From: Longimicrobiales bacterium
GTDB taxonomy: Bacteria > Gemmatimonadota > Gemmatimonadetes > Longimicrobiales > Gaopeijiaceae
Length of the DNA stretch: 64,000 bases
Direction: 5' to 3'
Assembly: GCA_965204735.1 (NCBI GenBank)
Contig: OZ242008.1
Span: 3,200,001 to 3,264,000, forward strand
A program made the translations under genes and the position numbers. Below the pieces are notes generated by a model. The model saw only the letters and a list, made by a program, of their open reading frames with translations, did not search any database and was not told where the DNA came from. Positions 37,501 through 46,872 of this stretch are shown here, piece by piece. How positions within the stretch are numbered: position 1 is the stretch's first letter; every line of letters begins with the position of its first letter.

Positions 37501-37605
37501 TCCGGAACGGCCCGTGATCACCGTGAGGGCGTTGCGGGGCAGGTCCAGGTCGATCTCCTTCAGGTTGTGCTGCCGGGCGCCCCTGATCCGTATCGGTCGG
37601 TTCAT
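34558..37605 (-). CDS. uvrA: Excinuclease ABC subunit A
   Basis: GARQHNLK, two Walker A motifs (GRSGSGKS, GVSGSGKS), SGGEAQR signatures, LDEP, Zn-finger CxxC pairs. Confidence 0.93.
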   Translation of the reverse strand: MNRPIRIRGARQHNLKEIDLDLPRNALTVITGRSGSGKSSLALDTLFAAGQRRYVESLSTYAKQFLDRLQKPDVDRIEGLSPAVAIEQRNRTTSSRSTVGTATEVYDYLRLLYARAGRTHCPECDDEVRPDSVGGAVDRIAEVAPGTRLMVAFPLARSGRVSHRELARNLRAMGFVRALADGVEVDVANAVDVGDAGESGRGVVDGDPRRRNVAVDVGDATDSGRGGSDASGGSGAPRRSGGCATTPPTAPLDLATAREALVVVDRVKVPQACSAEWRERLADSLTTCFREGEGEAVVLRPGAAPGEEMRFTERFRCPRHPKTTFLEPAPRLFSFNNPYGSCPRCSGFGETLEYDPTLVVPNEDRSLEEGAVDPWAQPRYSRERNALRRFAAREGVSPTAPWRALSQPFRDAVLYGTESFQGVMDFLVSKERKRYRAYIRVFLRRYQRPSRCPACDGTRLKPEARQVRVGGREIASASAMPLEDLRAWLAGLELRPMEARVAATILQELSARVGFLLDVGLGYLSLNRQMRTVSGGEAQRIALANSLGSTLVDTLYVLDEPSIGLHPRDVGALMRVLARLRDAGSTVVVVEHHAAAVEAADHVVELGPGAGEGGGEVVFQGPPAALLSAETSAGRSLSGRFRAAPPPRRRLIDLPRLRLEGADLHNLQGVDVEFPVGAMTVVTGVSGSGKSTLVHDVLYRALERTLGGGETTAKEHMGEAVGDFRSLTGHEHLAGVVLVDQSPIGRTPRSNPVTYVKAWGEVRRLFAAQPAAASAGLAPGAFSFNVEGGRCEACKGAGHVAVEMVFMADVHVPCELCGGKRYRPEVLDVKVRGMDVSAVLGLTVDRAMRFFIRERKLGQALWHLQQAGLGYLRLGQPATTLSGGEAQRLKIARELIGGAKSAGRKLYILDEPTTGLSGEDVAQLNGVLRRLVDAGNTLVVVEHDLDVVAAADWVVDMGPGAGAKGGRVVATGRPEEVARTPASVTGRYLRGALDASRSPAAPGSPAPAGRQAGRP

Positions 37606-37611
37606 TACGGG

Positions 37612-37640
37612 AGACTACAACCGGCCCGGCGCCGTTGCCA
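37612..37640 (-). promoter_or_regulatory. Putative leaderless sigma70 promoter of uvrA
   Basis: Minus strand TGGCAA-17 nt-TAGTCT-6 nt-ATG. Confidence 0.55.
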
Positions 37641-37671
37641 CGCTCCCGCCTTTCTCCGACTCTCCATTGTC

Positions 37672-38763
37672 ATGGACTGCTTCCCTCGTCGAGACTACCG
37701 AAAGCTGGGCCGCTACCTGCCGGACACCTCGCCGGTGGACGCGGACCTGAGCGACAACCGCAACCTTTGGGGCGCCCATCCGGCGGCCCTGGAGACGCTG
37801 GCGGCGTCCGGGTCGTCCTCGGCCTCCGAGTACCCGGAGGCTTACGGGGAGGACCTGGCGGAGGCGGTGGCGGAGAGCCTGGGCGTCTCGCCGGACCATG
37901 TGGCGACGGGCGCGGGGGGCACCGGCGTGCTGGACGCCCTCATGCGCGCCGTGGCGCCCACGACGATGCGCTTCCTCGACCCGGGCTGGCCGGCCGCCGC
38001 CATGCTGGCGCGAATGAACGGCCACGAGCCCGTGGCGACGCCGTGGGGGGCGGGCCTCGACGATCCCGTCGCGTTCGCCGGCGACGAGCCCGCCATCGTG
38101 TTCGCGGCCAACCCGAGCAACCCGACGGGCCGCGCGCTTCCCGACGAATGGGTCGCCGCCGTGCAGGAGCGCACCGAGGCCGCAGGGAGCGTCTTGATCG
38201 TGGACGAGGCCTACGGCGAGTACAACCGGGGCGTCGGCGACCGGACGCCCTTCGACTTGGCGCTCTCGGCGGAGCGCACGCTGTGCGTGAAGACGTTCTC
38301 GAAAGCCTACGGGCTGGCGGGAATGCGCGCCGGCTACGGAGTCGGGAGCCCTGCGCTCGTGCTGGAGGTGGACAAGGCCCGGGGTCCATTCGCGGTGAGC
38401 GCGGTGTCGAGCGCGGCGGCAGCCGCGGCCTACCGCAGCACGTCGCCTTGGCTGGCCGACACCGTGGCCGAGACGAGGGCCAACCGGGAGTGGCTGCTGG
38501 CCCGCTTGGCCGCCGGCGGCCACTCCGCGCCCCCTTCCGCCGCCAACTTCGTCTTCGTGACGCTGCCGCCCGACCAAGTGGCGCCCGCGGCGCGGGGGCT
38601 GGAGGAACGGGGCGTGCGGGTGCGCCCCTTCGCGGGCTTGCCGGAGGGCACCGGGCTGCGCGCGACGGTGGGCCGACGGGAGCAGATGGAGCGGCTGGCG
38701 GACGGGCTGGACGCCGTGACGGGAGCGGGCGGGGCGTCGACCGGGCGGCGATGTCCGAACTGA
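37672..38763 (+). CDS. hisC: Histidinol-phosphate aminotransferase-like (class I/II PLP enzyme)
   Basis: NPSNPTG, VDEAYGEY, KTFSKAYGLAGMRAGY, SAANFV. Confidence 0.8.
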   Translation: MDCFPRRDYRKLGRYLPDTSPVDADLSDNRNLWGAHPAALETLAASGSSSASEYPEAYGEDLAEAVAESLGVSPDHVATGAGGTGVLDALMRAVAPTTMRFLDPGWPAAAMLARMNGHEPVATPWGAGLDDPVAFAGDEPAIVFAANPSNPTGRALPDEWVAAVQERTEAAGSVLIVDEAYGEYNRGVGDRTPFDLALSAERTLCVKTFSKAYGLAGMRAGYGVGSPALVLEVDKARGPFAVSAVSSAAAAAAYRSTSPWLADTVAETRANREWLLARLAAGGHSAPPSAANFVFVTLPPDQVAPAARGLEERGVRVRPFAGLPEGTGLRATVGRREQMERLADGLDAVTGAGGASTGRRCPN

Positions 38764-40586
38764 CGACCGGGTACGAAGAAGAGGTACTGGGCAAGGCGTA
38801 CGACTCGCGGCTCATGGCCCGGCTCCTACGCTTCCTGGGGCCGTACAGATGGCAGGTGGCGGCGGCGGTCGGCTTCCTCATGCTGGCTTCGGCGCTGGCG
38901 ATGGTGGGTCCCTACCTGACCAAGGTCGCTCTCGACGAGGCCGTCCCTCGCAGCGACGGCCGCTTGCTGGCGGTCCTGGCGGCGCTCTACGCCGGAGCGA
39001 CCGTGCTCGCCTTCGTCCTCCAGTACGCCCAAGCGCTGGTCACCACGTGGCTGGGTCAGCGGGTCATGTACGACATCCGCGCGCAGATCTTCGCCAAGCT
39101 TCAGCGGCTCGACCTGCCGTTCTACGACAGGAACCCGGTGGGGCGGCTCATGACCCGGATCACCTCGGACGTGGAGACGCTGAACGAGCTCTTCGGCTCC
39201 GGGGTGGTCACGGTGTTCGGCGACCTGTTCATCTTGGTGTTCATCGTGGCGGCGATGCTCTGGATGGACGCGGGGCTGGCCCTCGTCACCTTCAGCGTCC
39301 TGCCGTTCGTGGTGTGGGCCGCCTTCGTGTTCCGCACTCGGATCCGCAGCGCCTATCGGGAGATCCGCGTGCGCCTGGCCCGCCTGAACGCTTTCCTGCA
39401 GGAGCGCTTCACCGGGATCGCGGTGGTTCAGCTCTTCAACCGCGAGCGGGCCGACACGGAGCGCTTCAAGTCCCTGAACGACGACTACTTGGCCGCGCAC
39501 CTCCGCTCGATCACCTACTACGCCCTCTTCTTTCCCGTCGTGCAGGTCTTCACGTCCGTGGCGCTGGCGCTGATCGTGTGGTACGGCGGCGGGCGCTACG
39601 TGCAAGGGGCGGTCACGATCGGCGTGCTGGCGGCGTTCCTCGACTACGCGCGACGGTTCTTTCGGCCGATTCAGGACCTGTCGGACAAGTACAACCTGCT
39701 CCAGGGCGCCATGGCGTCGTCGGAGCGGGTCTTCCGGCTGCTGGACCGCGAGCCTGCGATCGAGGACCCGCCCGACCCGCTCGACTTCCCTGGGGACGCG
39801 CCCGGCGAGATTCGGTTCGAGCACGTGTGGTTCGCATACGGCGGCGACTCGGACGGATCGGACCCGGAGTGGGTGGTGAAGGACCTTTCGTTCACGGTGG
39901 CGCCCGGCGAAAGAGTGGCGATCGTGGGCCACACCGGAGCCGGCAAGACCACCGTGATCAACCTTCTCATGCGCTTCTACGACGCCCAGAGGGGCCGGGT
40001 GCTGGTGGACGGCGTTCCGGTGAGCCGCTTGCGGCTGGCGGAGCTGCGTGACCGGATCGGCCTCGTGCTGCAGGACGTCTTCCTCTTCAGCCAGTCGGTC
40101 GAGTACAACGTGAAGCTCGGCTCGGAGGAGATCGGCGAAGAGGCGGTGGGCCGGGCCTTGGCCGCGGTCGGTGCCGAGCCCTTGGTCCGCCGGCTGCCCG
40201 GGGGTCGCGGCCAGCAGCTGGGGGAGAGGGGCGCCGGCCTCTCGGTGGGAGAGCGGCAACTGCTTTCCTTCGCCCGGGCCCTGGCCTTCGACCCGGCCGT
40301 CCTCGTGCTGGACGAAGCCACCAGCTCGGTGGACTCGGAGATCGAAGCCCGGATCCAGGAGGCGACCGATCGACTGATGGAGGGACGCACCTGCCTGGTC
40401 GTGGCCCACCGACTCTCGACGATCCAGGGCGCCGATCGGATCCTGGTCATGCACCAGGGAAGACTCGTCGAGGAAGGCGCCCACGAGGAGCTGCTGGCGG
40501 CAGGTGGACTCTATCGCCGGCTCTACGAACTCCAGTTCGCGGGCGCGGCCGGGGCCGACGCGCTGTCCGGATCGACGGAGCGTTGA
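38751..40586 (+). CDS. ABC exporter, fused TMD-NBD (MsbA/MdlB-like)
   Basis: TM domain, GHTGAGKTT, LSVGERQL, LDEATS, AHRLST. Confidence 0.93.
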   Translation: MSELTTGYEEEVLGKAYDSRLMARLLRFLGPYRWQVAAAVGFLMLASALAMVGPYLTKVALDEAVPRSDGRLLAVLAALYAGATVLAFVLQYAQALVTTWLGQRVMYDIRAQIFAKLQRLDLPFYDRNPVGRLMTRITSDVETLNELFGSGVVTVFGDLFILVFIVAAMLWMDAGLALVTFSVLPFVVWAAFVFRTRIRSAYREIRVRLARLNAFLQERFTGIAVVQLFNRERADTERFKSLNDDYLAAHLRSITYYALFFPVVQVFTSVALALIVWYGGGRYVQGAVTIGVLAAFLDYARRFFRPIQDLSDKYNLLQGAMASSERVFRLLDREPAIEDPPDPLDFPGDAPGEIRFEHVWFAYGGDSDGSDPEWVVKDLSFTVAPGERVAIVGHTGAGKTTVINLLMRFYDAQRGRVLVDGVPVSRLRLAELRDRIGLVLQDVFLFSQSVEYNVKLGSEEIGEEAVGRALAAVGAEPLVRRLPGGRGQQLGERGAGLSVGERQLLSFARALAFDPAVLVLDEATSSVDSEIEARIQEATDRLMEGRTCLVVAHRLSTIQGADRILVMHQGRLVEEGAHEELLAAGGLYRRLYELQFAGAAGADALSGSTER

Positions 40587-40674
40587 CCGCCTCCTGCGCA
40601 ACCGCGTCGCATCCCCAGCCTGACCCGGCCTCGTGCAGATGGAGCCGCCGAACGGCTCGGCTTCTTGCTCTAGC

Positions 40675-41103
40675 CTAGCGAGCTCCGCCTATCGGCCCGC
40701 CCTCCTTGGTCTGGCCCGTGACGGCGAGCGCGATCGCAACCGACCCGCCCAAGATCACCGCGCCGACGATCAGCGACGTCCGGGCGCCGTCGAACTCCCG
40801 CGCGATCACTTCGCTCACGTCGGCCAAGGGGAACGACACCGTCTCCACGCGGCCGCGACCTTCCTCTCCCTGGACCGTCACCGCTCCCGTGACGGTCAAC
40901 GACGTCTCGGACCAGACGACCGCCTCCACGCCGGAAAACTCGAAGACCTCGCGGGCGGGACCCTCGCCCAGCACCACGCCGCGCACGTCCATGCCCTCCC
41001 TTGCTCCCGGGGGCGGGAGGGACCGGACGGCGACCGAGTGGCAGCTGGAGGCCAGGAACGCCGCCGCCACCGGCGCCACCAGAGAGGCGCGGTGCTTTCT
41101 CAT
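40675..41103 (-). CDS. Hypothetical lipoprotein with C-terminal hydrophobic helix
   Basis: MRKHR...FLASSC lipobox-like signal; C-terminal TM segment. Confidence 0.6.
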   Translation of the reverse strand: MRKHRASLVAPVAAAFLASSCHSVAVRSLPPPGAREGMDVRGVVLGEGPAREVFEFSGVEAVVWSETSLTVTGAVTVQGEEGRGRVETVSFPLADVSEVIAREFDGARTSLIVGAVILGGSVAIALAVTGQTKEGGPIGGAR

Positions 41104-41262
41104 CGGGGTCCTCGGGTCTATGTTGACGTTGGAGCGGCCGGGCGGTCCGAACGCTGGGGACCGTGGCGCGGCCGTCGCGAAGGTTCCCGGGAGAAAGTGA
41201 AGCGATCTGCCGGGCGTCGCAAACGCCGGCCCGGCGTGCCCGGCAGGAAGAAGGGGACCACC

Positions 41263-41667
41263 ATGGAGTCGCGCACCGATCTCTTTGCGGCCGTCGCCTG
41301 CGGCCTCGTCGTCGTGCTCCTGGCGGCGTGCGTCTCGTCGAGCGAAGCCGGAGGCGCCAGCCGATCCCGCGACCTGATCACGGTGGAGGAGCTGATGGAA
41401 GTGCCCCACAGCTCGGTGTACGAAGCCGTGCGGGCGCTGCGGCCGCGCTGGCTCCAAGCTCGCGCCGGGGCTTCCATGCGCAACCCCCGGCGAGAAACGC
41501 CCCGGGTGTACATGGACGGCCAGCTCTTCGGCGGCGTCGCCGAGCTCTGGACGCTGCTTCCCGGCGAGGTCGGCGAAATCCGCTTCCTCAGTGCCAGCGA
41601 CGCCACCACCCGCTTCGGGACGAACCACTTTGCGGGCGCAATCGTCGTAACGACCCGTCGCCGTTGA
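41263..41667 (+). CDS. Lipoprotein consisting of a stand-alone TonB-dependent-receptor plug-like domain
   Basis: Lipobox LAAC; ITVEEL...SVYEAVRALRP...VYMDG...EIRFL...TTRFG...GAIVVTT. Confidence 0.7.
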   Translation: MESRTDLFAAVACGLVVVLLAACVSSSEAGGASRSRDLITVEELMEVPHSSVYEAVRALRPRWLQARAGASMRNPRRETPRVYMDGQLFGGVAELWTLLPGEVGEIRFLSASDATTRFGTNHFAGAIVVTTRRR

Positions 41668-43010
41668 GCCGATCCCGGGCCCAGCGCCCCGCCGGCGCGG
41701 CCGCAACCGTATTCGCAGCGCTCCTGGCCGGCGGCGCCCTCGCCCTGGCCGGCCAAGAGCCGCCGGGCGACGACGGACGGCCTGGAGGCGTCAACGGCGG
41801 CCGTCCCAGCGTCTTCTTCGACTGTTCGGGCTGGCGCTGCAACCTGAACTACTTCCGCACCGAGCTCCCCTGGGTCAACTGGGTCCGCCTGCGCGAGGGG
41901 GCGGACGTGCATCTCATCATGACCTCCCAGCCCACGGGCGCCGGAGGTCGCGAGTACCAGCTGGACTTCATCGGCGACGGGACCGACGGCTACGAGGAGA
42001 GGCTCCGCTTCCAGACGCTGCCGACCGACACCGAGCGCGAGGCGCTGGACGGGATCGCCTACACGCTTGGGGTCGGACTCCTCCACTTCGCCAGCGCGGC
42101 GGGGTTCGAGCCGCTGGCCGAGATCGCGCCCGCGTCCGGGCGAGGAGTCGACCCGAGAGACCGGGTGGTGGCCCAGGAAGAGGTGGCGGACCCGTGGAAC
42201 TTCTGGGTCTTTCGGCTGGGAGGCCAAGCCGAGCTGGACGGCGAAGAGACGCGACGCACGAAGCGGGTGAACGGCAGCTTCAGCGCCTCCCGGGTCACGC
42301 CGACGTGGAAGATGAACTTCCGCAGCTACGTGCGCTTCAACCGCCGCGAGATCGACCTCACCGACGATCCCACGTTCATCGACCAGCGAACGGACTGGGG
42401 GCTGCGGCACTTGGTCGCCTACTCCCTGGCCCAGCACTGGTCGGTGGGCGTCCAGGGCGAGGTCAGTCGGGCCACCCGCTTCAACCAGGAGTTCCGCGCC
42501 GAGTTCACGCCGGCGCTGGAGTACAGCTTCTTCCCCTACGAAGAAGCGACCCGGCGAGCGTTGACGGCGTTCTACAAGATCGGGCCCGCCCACCGTCGCT
42601 ACATCGAGCGCACTGTGTACGACCAAGCCCGGGAAACCCGATGGGAGCAGTCGCTGGAGATCGAGCTCTCCCAGCGTCAGCAATGGGGCGACGCCTCCCT
42701 TCGGATCCTCGGGTCCCACTTCCTCCACGACACGGGTCTCTACAACGTGTCGCTGAGGGGCGACGTGGAGTATCGCGTGGCCCGGGGACTCAACTTCACG
42801 GCCGAAGGAAACATTTCCTGGGTGAACGATCAGATATACCTTTCGGGGGAAGGCGTGACCGACGCCGAAGCCCTTTTGGACCTTCAGCAGCGGAGCCAGG
42901 ACTTCAACTACGGCATCGAGATCGGCTTCTCGTTCCACTTCGGCTCGATCTACAACAACGTGGTCAACAACCGGTTCGGAGGCGGAGGCGGAGGCTTCCG
43001 GTTCTTCTAG
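41664..43010 (+). CDS. Putative outer-membrane beta-barrel protein
   Basis: Signal peptide, alternating amphipathic strands in the C-terminal half, aromatic C-terminus; TTGA overlap with plug gene. Confidence 0.65.
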   Translation: MSRSRAQRPAGAAATVFAALLAGGALALAGQEPPGDDGRPGGVNGGRPSVFFDCSGWRCNLNYFRTELPWVNWVRLREGADVHLIMTSQPTGAGGREYQLDFIGDGTDGYEERLRFQTLPTDTEREALDGIAYTLGVGLLHFASAAGFEPLAEIAPASGRGVDPRDRVVAQEEVADPWNFWVFRLGGQAELDGEETRRTKRVNGSFSASRVTPTWKMNFRSYVRFNRREIDLTDDPTFIDQRTDWGLRHLVAYSLAQHWSVGVQGEVSRATRFNQEFRAEFTPALEYSFFPYEEATRRALTAFYKIGPAHRRYIERTVYDQARETRWEQSLEIELSQRQQWGDASLRILGSHFLHDTGLYNVSLRGDVEYRVARGLNFTAEGNISWVNDQIYLSGEGVTDAEALLDLQQRSQDFNYGIEIGFSFHFGSIYNNVVNNRFGGGGGGFRFF

Positions 43011-43026
43011 CCTAGCCTAGCCTAGC
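43007..43026. repeat. (CTAGC)4 pentanucleotide tandem at a stop codon
   Basis: ttctagcctagcctagcctagctg. Confidence 0.9.
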
Positions 43027-43046
43027 TGCCACAGGAGGCCCGCACA

Positions 43047-43694
43047 GTGAAGCGACGGCGCATCTTTCCCAAGGCGCGGCCCGCGTTGCTCCCCTTCGTT
43101 CTCGCGGCGGGAGTCCTGCGCTTCGGCGTCGCCGAGATCGAGGCCCAGAACGCGGAAGAGGCATATCATCCGGCAGTGCTCTCCGCCTTCCCCTACGTAG
43201 GCGTGTCGACCGCGCCGTCGGAGGCGAAGGCTCCCATCTCGCCCACGGGGGGCCTGCGCGTCGCCGTGGAGATGTGGATGCGCTTCACTCCCCGCTTCCG
43301 CGTCGCCGTCTTCGTCGCCGGAAGGGTCGGCATGCTCGCGGTCAACGAGCAACGGGTGTGCCAGCCAGCCTGCAAGGGCACCACGGACATGAACGTCAGC
43401 TACATGGGCACGGGCGAAGCAGGGCTCGTCCTGGGCGTTTGGGGGCGGCCGTACGGGTTCGCATACTTCGGCCAAGCGTACCCTGTGGACGCAGACCAGT
43501 CGTACGACCCCATCAAAGGCGTTTGGCTCCCGAACTCGCCGAACACCTGGGGATTCGGGGGAGGCATCGCCCTTCCGATTGGGCGGGTGTCGCTACAGCT
43601 GGAGGCGCGCTTCCGTCGGGACGGGAGGTACTTGGTCGACACGAACGACTCCATGGAGTTCGTGCTGGGCTTTCCGCTCTGGTCGGCCAGGTAG
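43047..43694 (+). CDS. Putative small outer-membrane beta-barrel protein
   Basis: AGGAGG RBS, signal peptide, WGFGGGIAL...LQLEARF...FVLGFP strands. Confidence 0.6.
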   Translation: MKRRRIFPKARPALLPFVLAAGVLRFGVAEIEAQNAEEAYHPAVLSAFPYVGVSTAPSEAKAPISPTGGLRVAVEMWMRFTPRFRVAVFVAGRVGMLAVNEQRVCQPACKGTTDMNVSYMGTGEAGLVLGVWGRPYGFAYFGQAYPVDADQSYDPIKGVWLPNSPNTWGFGGGIALPIGRVSLQLEARFRRDGRYLVDTNDSMEFVLGFPLWSAR

Positions 43695-43779
43695 CGCCGA
43701 GTCGAACCGACCGCAGCGGGCCCCGGCAGGGAGGACGCCGCTCGCCGACGAGCCGGCTTCCGTCGTCGCGCTCCGTCGG

Positions 43780-46700
43780 TCAGGTGACGAGTCCCCTCGC
43801 CTGGAGCGCGCGCTTGATCTGCTCCAGCTGCTCGCGCTGGGTGGCGGTCGGCGGGTGGAGCGTGCCCTGGCGGACGCCGCCGCCGTCGACGGCGGCGTAG
43901 AGCCGCCGAAGCTGGTTCCGGTAGCCTGCCGCCGGGCCCGTGGCGCCTTCCAGCCGGGCGGCCAACTCCAGTACTTCCAGCAGGAAGGCTTCGCGCCGCT
44001 GGTAGTCGGCCGCGGCGAGCGGCAGGTCGGGGTCGCCCCGCACGTGCAGCTTGCGAGCGCGCGCGGTCCCGCCGACCGAGAGCTCGACCGTGTAGACGCC
44101 GGGGGAGACGAAGGGACCGCGGGCGCCGAGGGGACGGGGCACCTCCGAGGGGTCGTGGGCGGCCCACTCCTCCGACTCGCCGGGAAGGCCGTGGCGCAGG
44201 TCCCAGTTCACCCGGTGCATTCCGGCGCCGCCGGGCACGTCCATGACGCGCACCGCCTCGCCGGCCGCGTTGCGGATCGTCAGACGAGGCGCTTCGCCCT
44301 CGAGCCCGGCGTCTTCTTCCAGGCTCGGGTCCAGCCAGTAGGTCACCAGCGTTCCGTCCGACGGGTTCTCGCCCATGAACAACGCCTGGGCTCGGTAGGA
44401 GGTGTCCTTCCAGTAGTTCCGGATCGTGCCCCGGCGGACGCCGAACAGCACGACCGGACCGTCGCCCCCGGCCGCGTACTCCGCCAGGGGCGCCACGTCG
44501 TCCACGACGACGATCGAGCGGCCGTGGGTCCCCAGCACCAAGTCCTTCTCCCGCGGATGGATCACCAAGTCGTCGTAGGCGGTGGTGGGAAGCCCCGGGA
44601 ACTTGGCCCACGACTCGCCCCGGTCGGTGCTTGCGAAGACGTGGTGCTCGGTGCCCACGAAGAGCACGTTCGGGTTGTCCGGGTGCTCGGCCACCACGTT
44701 CACCGAGCCGGTGGGCAGAGCTTCGTGGAGGGGAGTCCAGCGGGCCCCGAACTCGTCGGCGCGGTAGAGGTAGGGCGCGAAGTCGCCGTCCCGGTGGGCG
44801 TCAAAGGCCACGTACGCCGTGGCCGGGTCCGCCGCCGAGGCCGCCACCCGGCTCACGTAGGTACCGCCGGCCACGCCTTCTGCGCCGCTCGACACCTCGG
44901 TCCACGACCTGCCCGCGTCGGTGGACACCTGCACGTTGCCGTCGTCGGTGCCCACCCACAGCACGTCCGGGTCCAGGGGCGACTCCGAAAGGGTGACGAT
45001 CTCGCCGTAGGACGCCGTGCCGTCGTTGCGCGACAGGCCGATCTCGCGGCCCTCGACGCCCATGATCTCCATCTCGTCGCGGTCCTGGCGCCGGGTCAGG
45101 TCCTCCGTGCGCGCGAAGCTGTCCCCCCGATCTCGCGAGATGAAGAGGCGGTTGCCGCCCAGGTAGACCACGTTGGGGTCGTGACGGGACAGAAGGCTTG
45201 GCGACACCCAGTCCCAGCGGTACGGGTCCTCTCCCTCGGGCGCGACGAGGCGCAGGCTCATCATGTCGCCCGTGGCGTTGTCGAAGCGCGTCCATGCGCC
45301 GTTCTGGGCGTTGATGTACACGGTGCGGCCGTCGGGCGCGGCCTGCTGGTACATCCCGTCGCCGAAGCCGCTCTGCCGCCAATCGTCGTCCACGATCCCC
45401 TCCCAGGAGCGCGTGGCCGACGGCCCCATCCACGAGTGGTTGTCCTGCATCCCGCCGTAAATCCAGTAGGGGTCCCGGTCGTCCACGTCGATCCCGTAGA
45501 ACTGGCCGATGGGCAGGTTGTTGATCCGCCGGAAGGTGGCGCCGCCGTCGTAGGTTTCGTGGAGCCCGGCGTCGCCCGCCAAGTAGAAGTGGTCCGGGTC
45601 GCCCGGGTCGATCCACATGGAGTGGTGGTCGGCGTGGACGCCCACGTCGTAGGTCGGCCGCGACGCGATCTCGGTGAAGGTCCGCCCCCCGTCCTCGGAC
45701 TTGTGGGACGAAGTGGCCAGGGTGTACACCCGGTTCTCGTCGGTCGGGTCGATGAAGACGTGGGAGTAGTACATGGGGCGGATGTTCTGGTCGCTGACCT
45801 TTTGCCAGCTCTCGCCGCCGTCGTCGCTCCGGTAGCCCCCGGACTCGGCGGCGTGCTGGATCAGCGCGTTGAGGACCATCGGGTTGGTGCGGGCGACCGC
45901 GATGCCGATCCGTCCCTTGTCCCCGCCGGGGACGCCGTTCGTCAGCTCCCGCCACGTGTCGCCGCCGTCGGTGGTCTTGTGGATGCCGCCGCCGTTGAAG
46001 CCCCACGTCCGCCGCCGACGCTGGTAGGTGGCGGCGTAGAGGACGTTCGGATCGCTCGGGTCCATCGCCAGGTCCACGGCGCCCGTGTGCTCGTCCACGT
46101 ACAGGACCTTTTCCCAGCTGCCGCCTCCGTCGCGGGAGCGGTAGACGCCCCGATCCGGCGACGCGCGCCACAGGTTGCCCAGCGCAGCCACGTAGACGAC
46201 GTCGGGGTCGGTGGGGTGGACCTGCACGCGCCCCGTGTGGCGGGTCTCCTCGAGGCCCAGGTGGGTCCAGGTGACGCCTCCGTCGTCGGAGCGGTAGACG
46301 CCGTTCCCCCACGACGTGCTCTGGCGGTTCTGCTGTTCGCCGGTGCCCGCGTAGAGGATTCTCGAGTCCGAGGGCGCGATCGCCACGTCGCCGAAGGTGC
46401 TGGTGGGCATGTGCTCCCACAAGTTGGACCACGTGATGCCCCGGTTGACGCTCTTCCAGAGCCCTCCCGAAGCCGTGGCGACGTAGATCGTGGACGGGTC
46501 GTCCGGCAAGGCCTCGACGTCGTGAATGCGCCCGCCCGCCACCGCAGGGCCGACGTGGCGCGGCGCGAAGGCGGCCAGGTCGGCTTCGGCGACGGCGCGT
46601 TGGGGCGCAGCCGGCGCCGCCGAGGCCGGCCGGGTCGGCAAGACGACGGCCGCGAGGCAGAGCGCCGAGGCCAAGTGGAGCGCGCCGGGCAGGTGGTGCG

Positions 46701-46872
46701 CGCCGCGGGCTCGGCGGCGTGTGGGGGACTGGCGGCGCGTGGGCGACTGGCGGCGGCGCGTGCGGGCCTGGCAGGGCGCGGAAGCCATGTGGAGCCCTGG
46801 GGGCGCGCGGAAAGCCCCGGGGAATCGGGACGGGAACTCGCGGGCGGCGGCGGGACGAGGCGGGAGGTTCAT
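43780..46872 (-). CDS. Secreted VPS10/BNR (Asp-box) repeat glycosyl hydrolase-like protein; start uncertain
   Basis: GPAVAGGRI, ASGGLWKS.N.G.TW, many S.DGG.(T/S)W Asp boxes, GGMQDN, GTHGRS. Confidence 0.85.
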   Translation of the reverse strand: MNLPPRPAAAREFPSRFPGAFRAPPGLHMASAPCQARTRRRQSPTRRQSPTRRRARGAHHLPGALHLASALCLAAVVLPTRPASAAPAAPQRAVAEADLAAFAPRHVGPAVAGGRIHDVEALPDDPSTIYVATASGGLWKSVNRGITWSNLWEHMPTSTFGDVAIAPSDSRILYAGTGEQQNRQSTSWGNGVYRSDDGGVTWTHLGLEETRHTGRVQVHPTDPDVVYVAALGNLWRASPDRGVYRSRDGGGSWEKVLYVDEHTGAVDLAMDPSDPNVLYAATYQRRRRTWGFNGGGIHKTTDGGDTWRELTNGVPGGDKGRIGIAVARTNPMVLNALIQHAAESGGYRSDDGGESWQKVSDQNIRPMYYSHVFIDPTDENRVYTLATSSHKSEDGGRTFTEIASRPTYDVGVHADHHSMWIDPGDPDHFYLAGDAGLHETYDGGATFRRINNLPIGQFYGIDVDDRDPYWIYGGMQDNHSWMGPSATRSWEGIVDDDWRQSGFGDGMYQQAAPDGRTVYINAQNGAWTRFDNATGDMMSLRLVAPEGEDPYRWDWVSPSLLSRHDPNVVYLGGNRLFISRDRGDSFARTEDLTRRQDRDEMEIMGVEGREIGLSRNDGTASYGEIVTLSESPLDPDVLWVGTDDGNVQVSTDAGRSWTEVSSGAEGVAGGTYVSRVAASAADPATAYVAFDAHRDGDFAPYLYRADEFGARWTPLHEALPTGSVNVVAEHPDNPNVLFVGTEHHVFASTDRGESWAKFPGLPTTAYDDLVIHPREKDLVLGTHGRSIVVVDDVAPLAEYAAGGDGPVVLFGVRRGTIRNYWKDTSYRAQALFMGENPSDGTLVTYWLDPSLEEDAGLEGEAPRLTIRNAAGEAVRVMDVPGGAGMHRVNWDLRHGLPGESEEWAAHDPSEVPRPLGARGPFVSPGVYTVELSVGGTARARKLHVRGDPDLPLAAADYQRREAFLLEVLELAARLEGATGPAAGYRNQLRRLYAAVDGGGVRQGTLHPPTATQREQLEQIKRALQARGLVT

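Noticed and set aside
34024..37671. Very long alternative-frame ORFs (e.g. the 5' part of the 1579-aa ORF; also 43579-47001, 7638-10991, 3974-6385)
   Set aside because: Shadow ORFs caused by high GC, antisense or out of frame to well-supported genes; Arg/Pro/Gly-rich with no motifs
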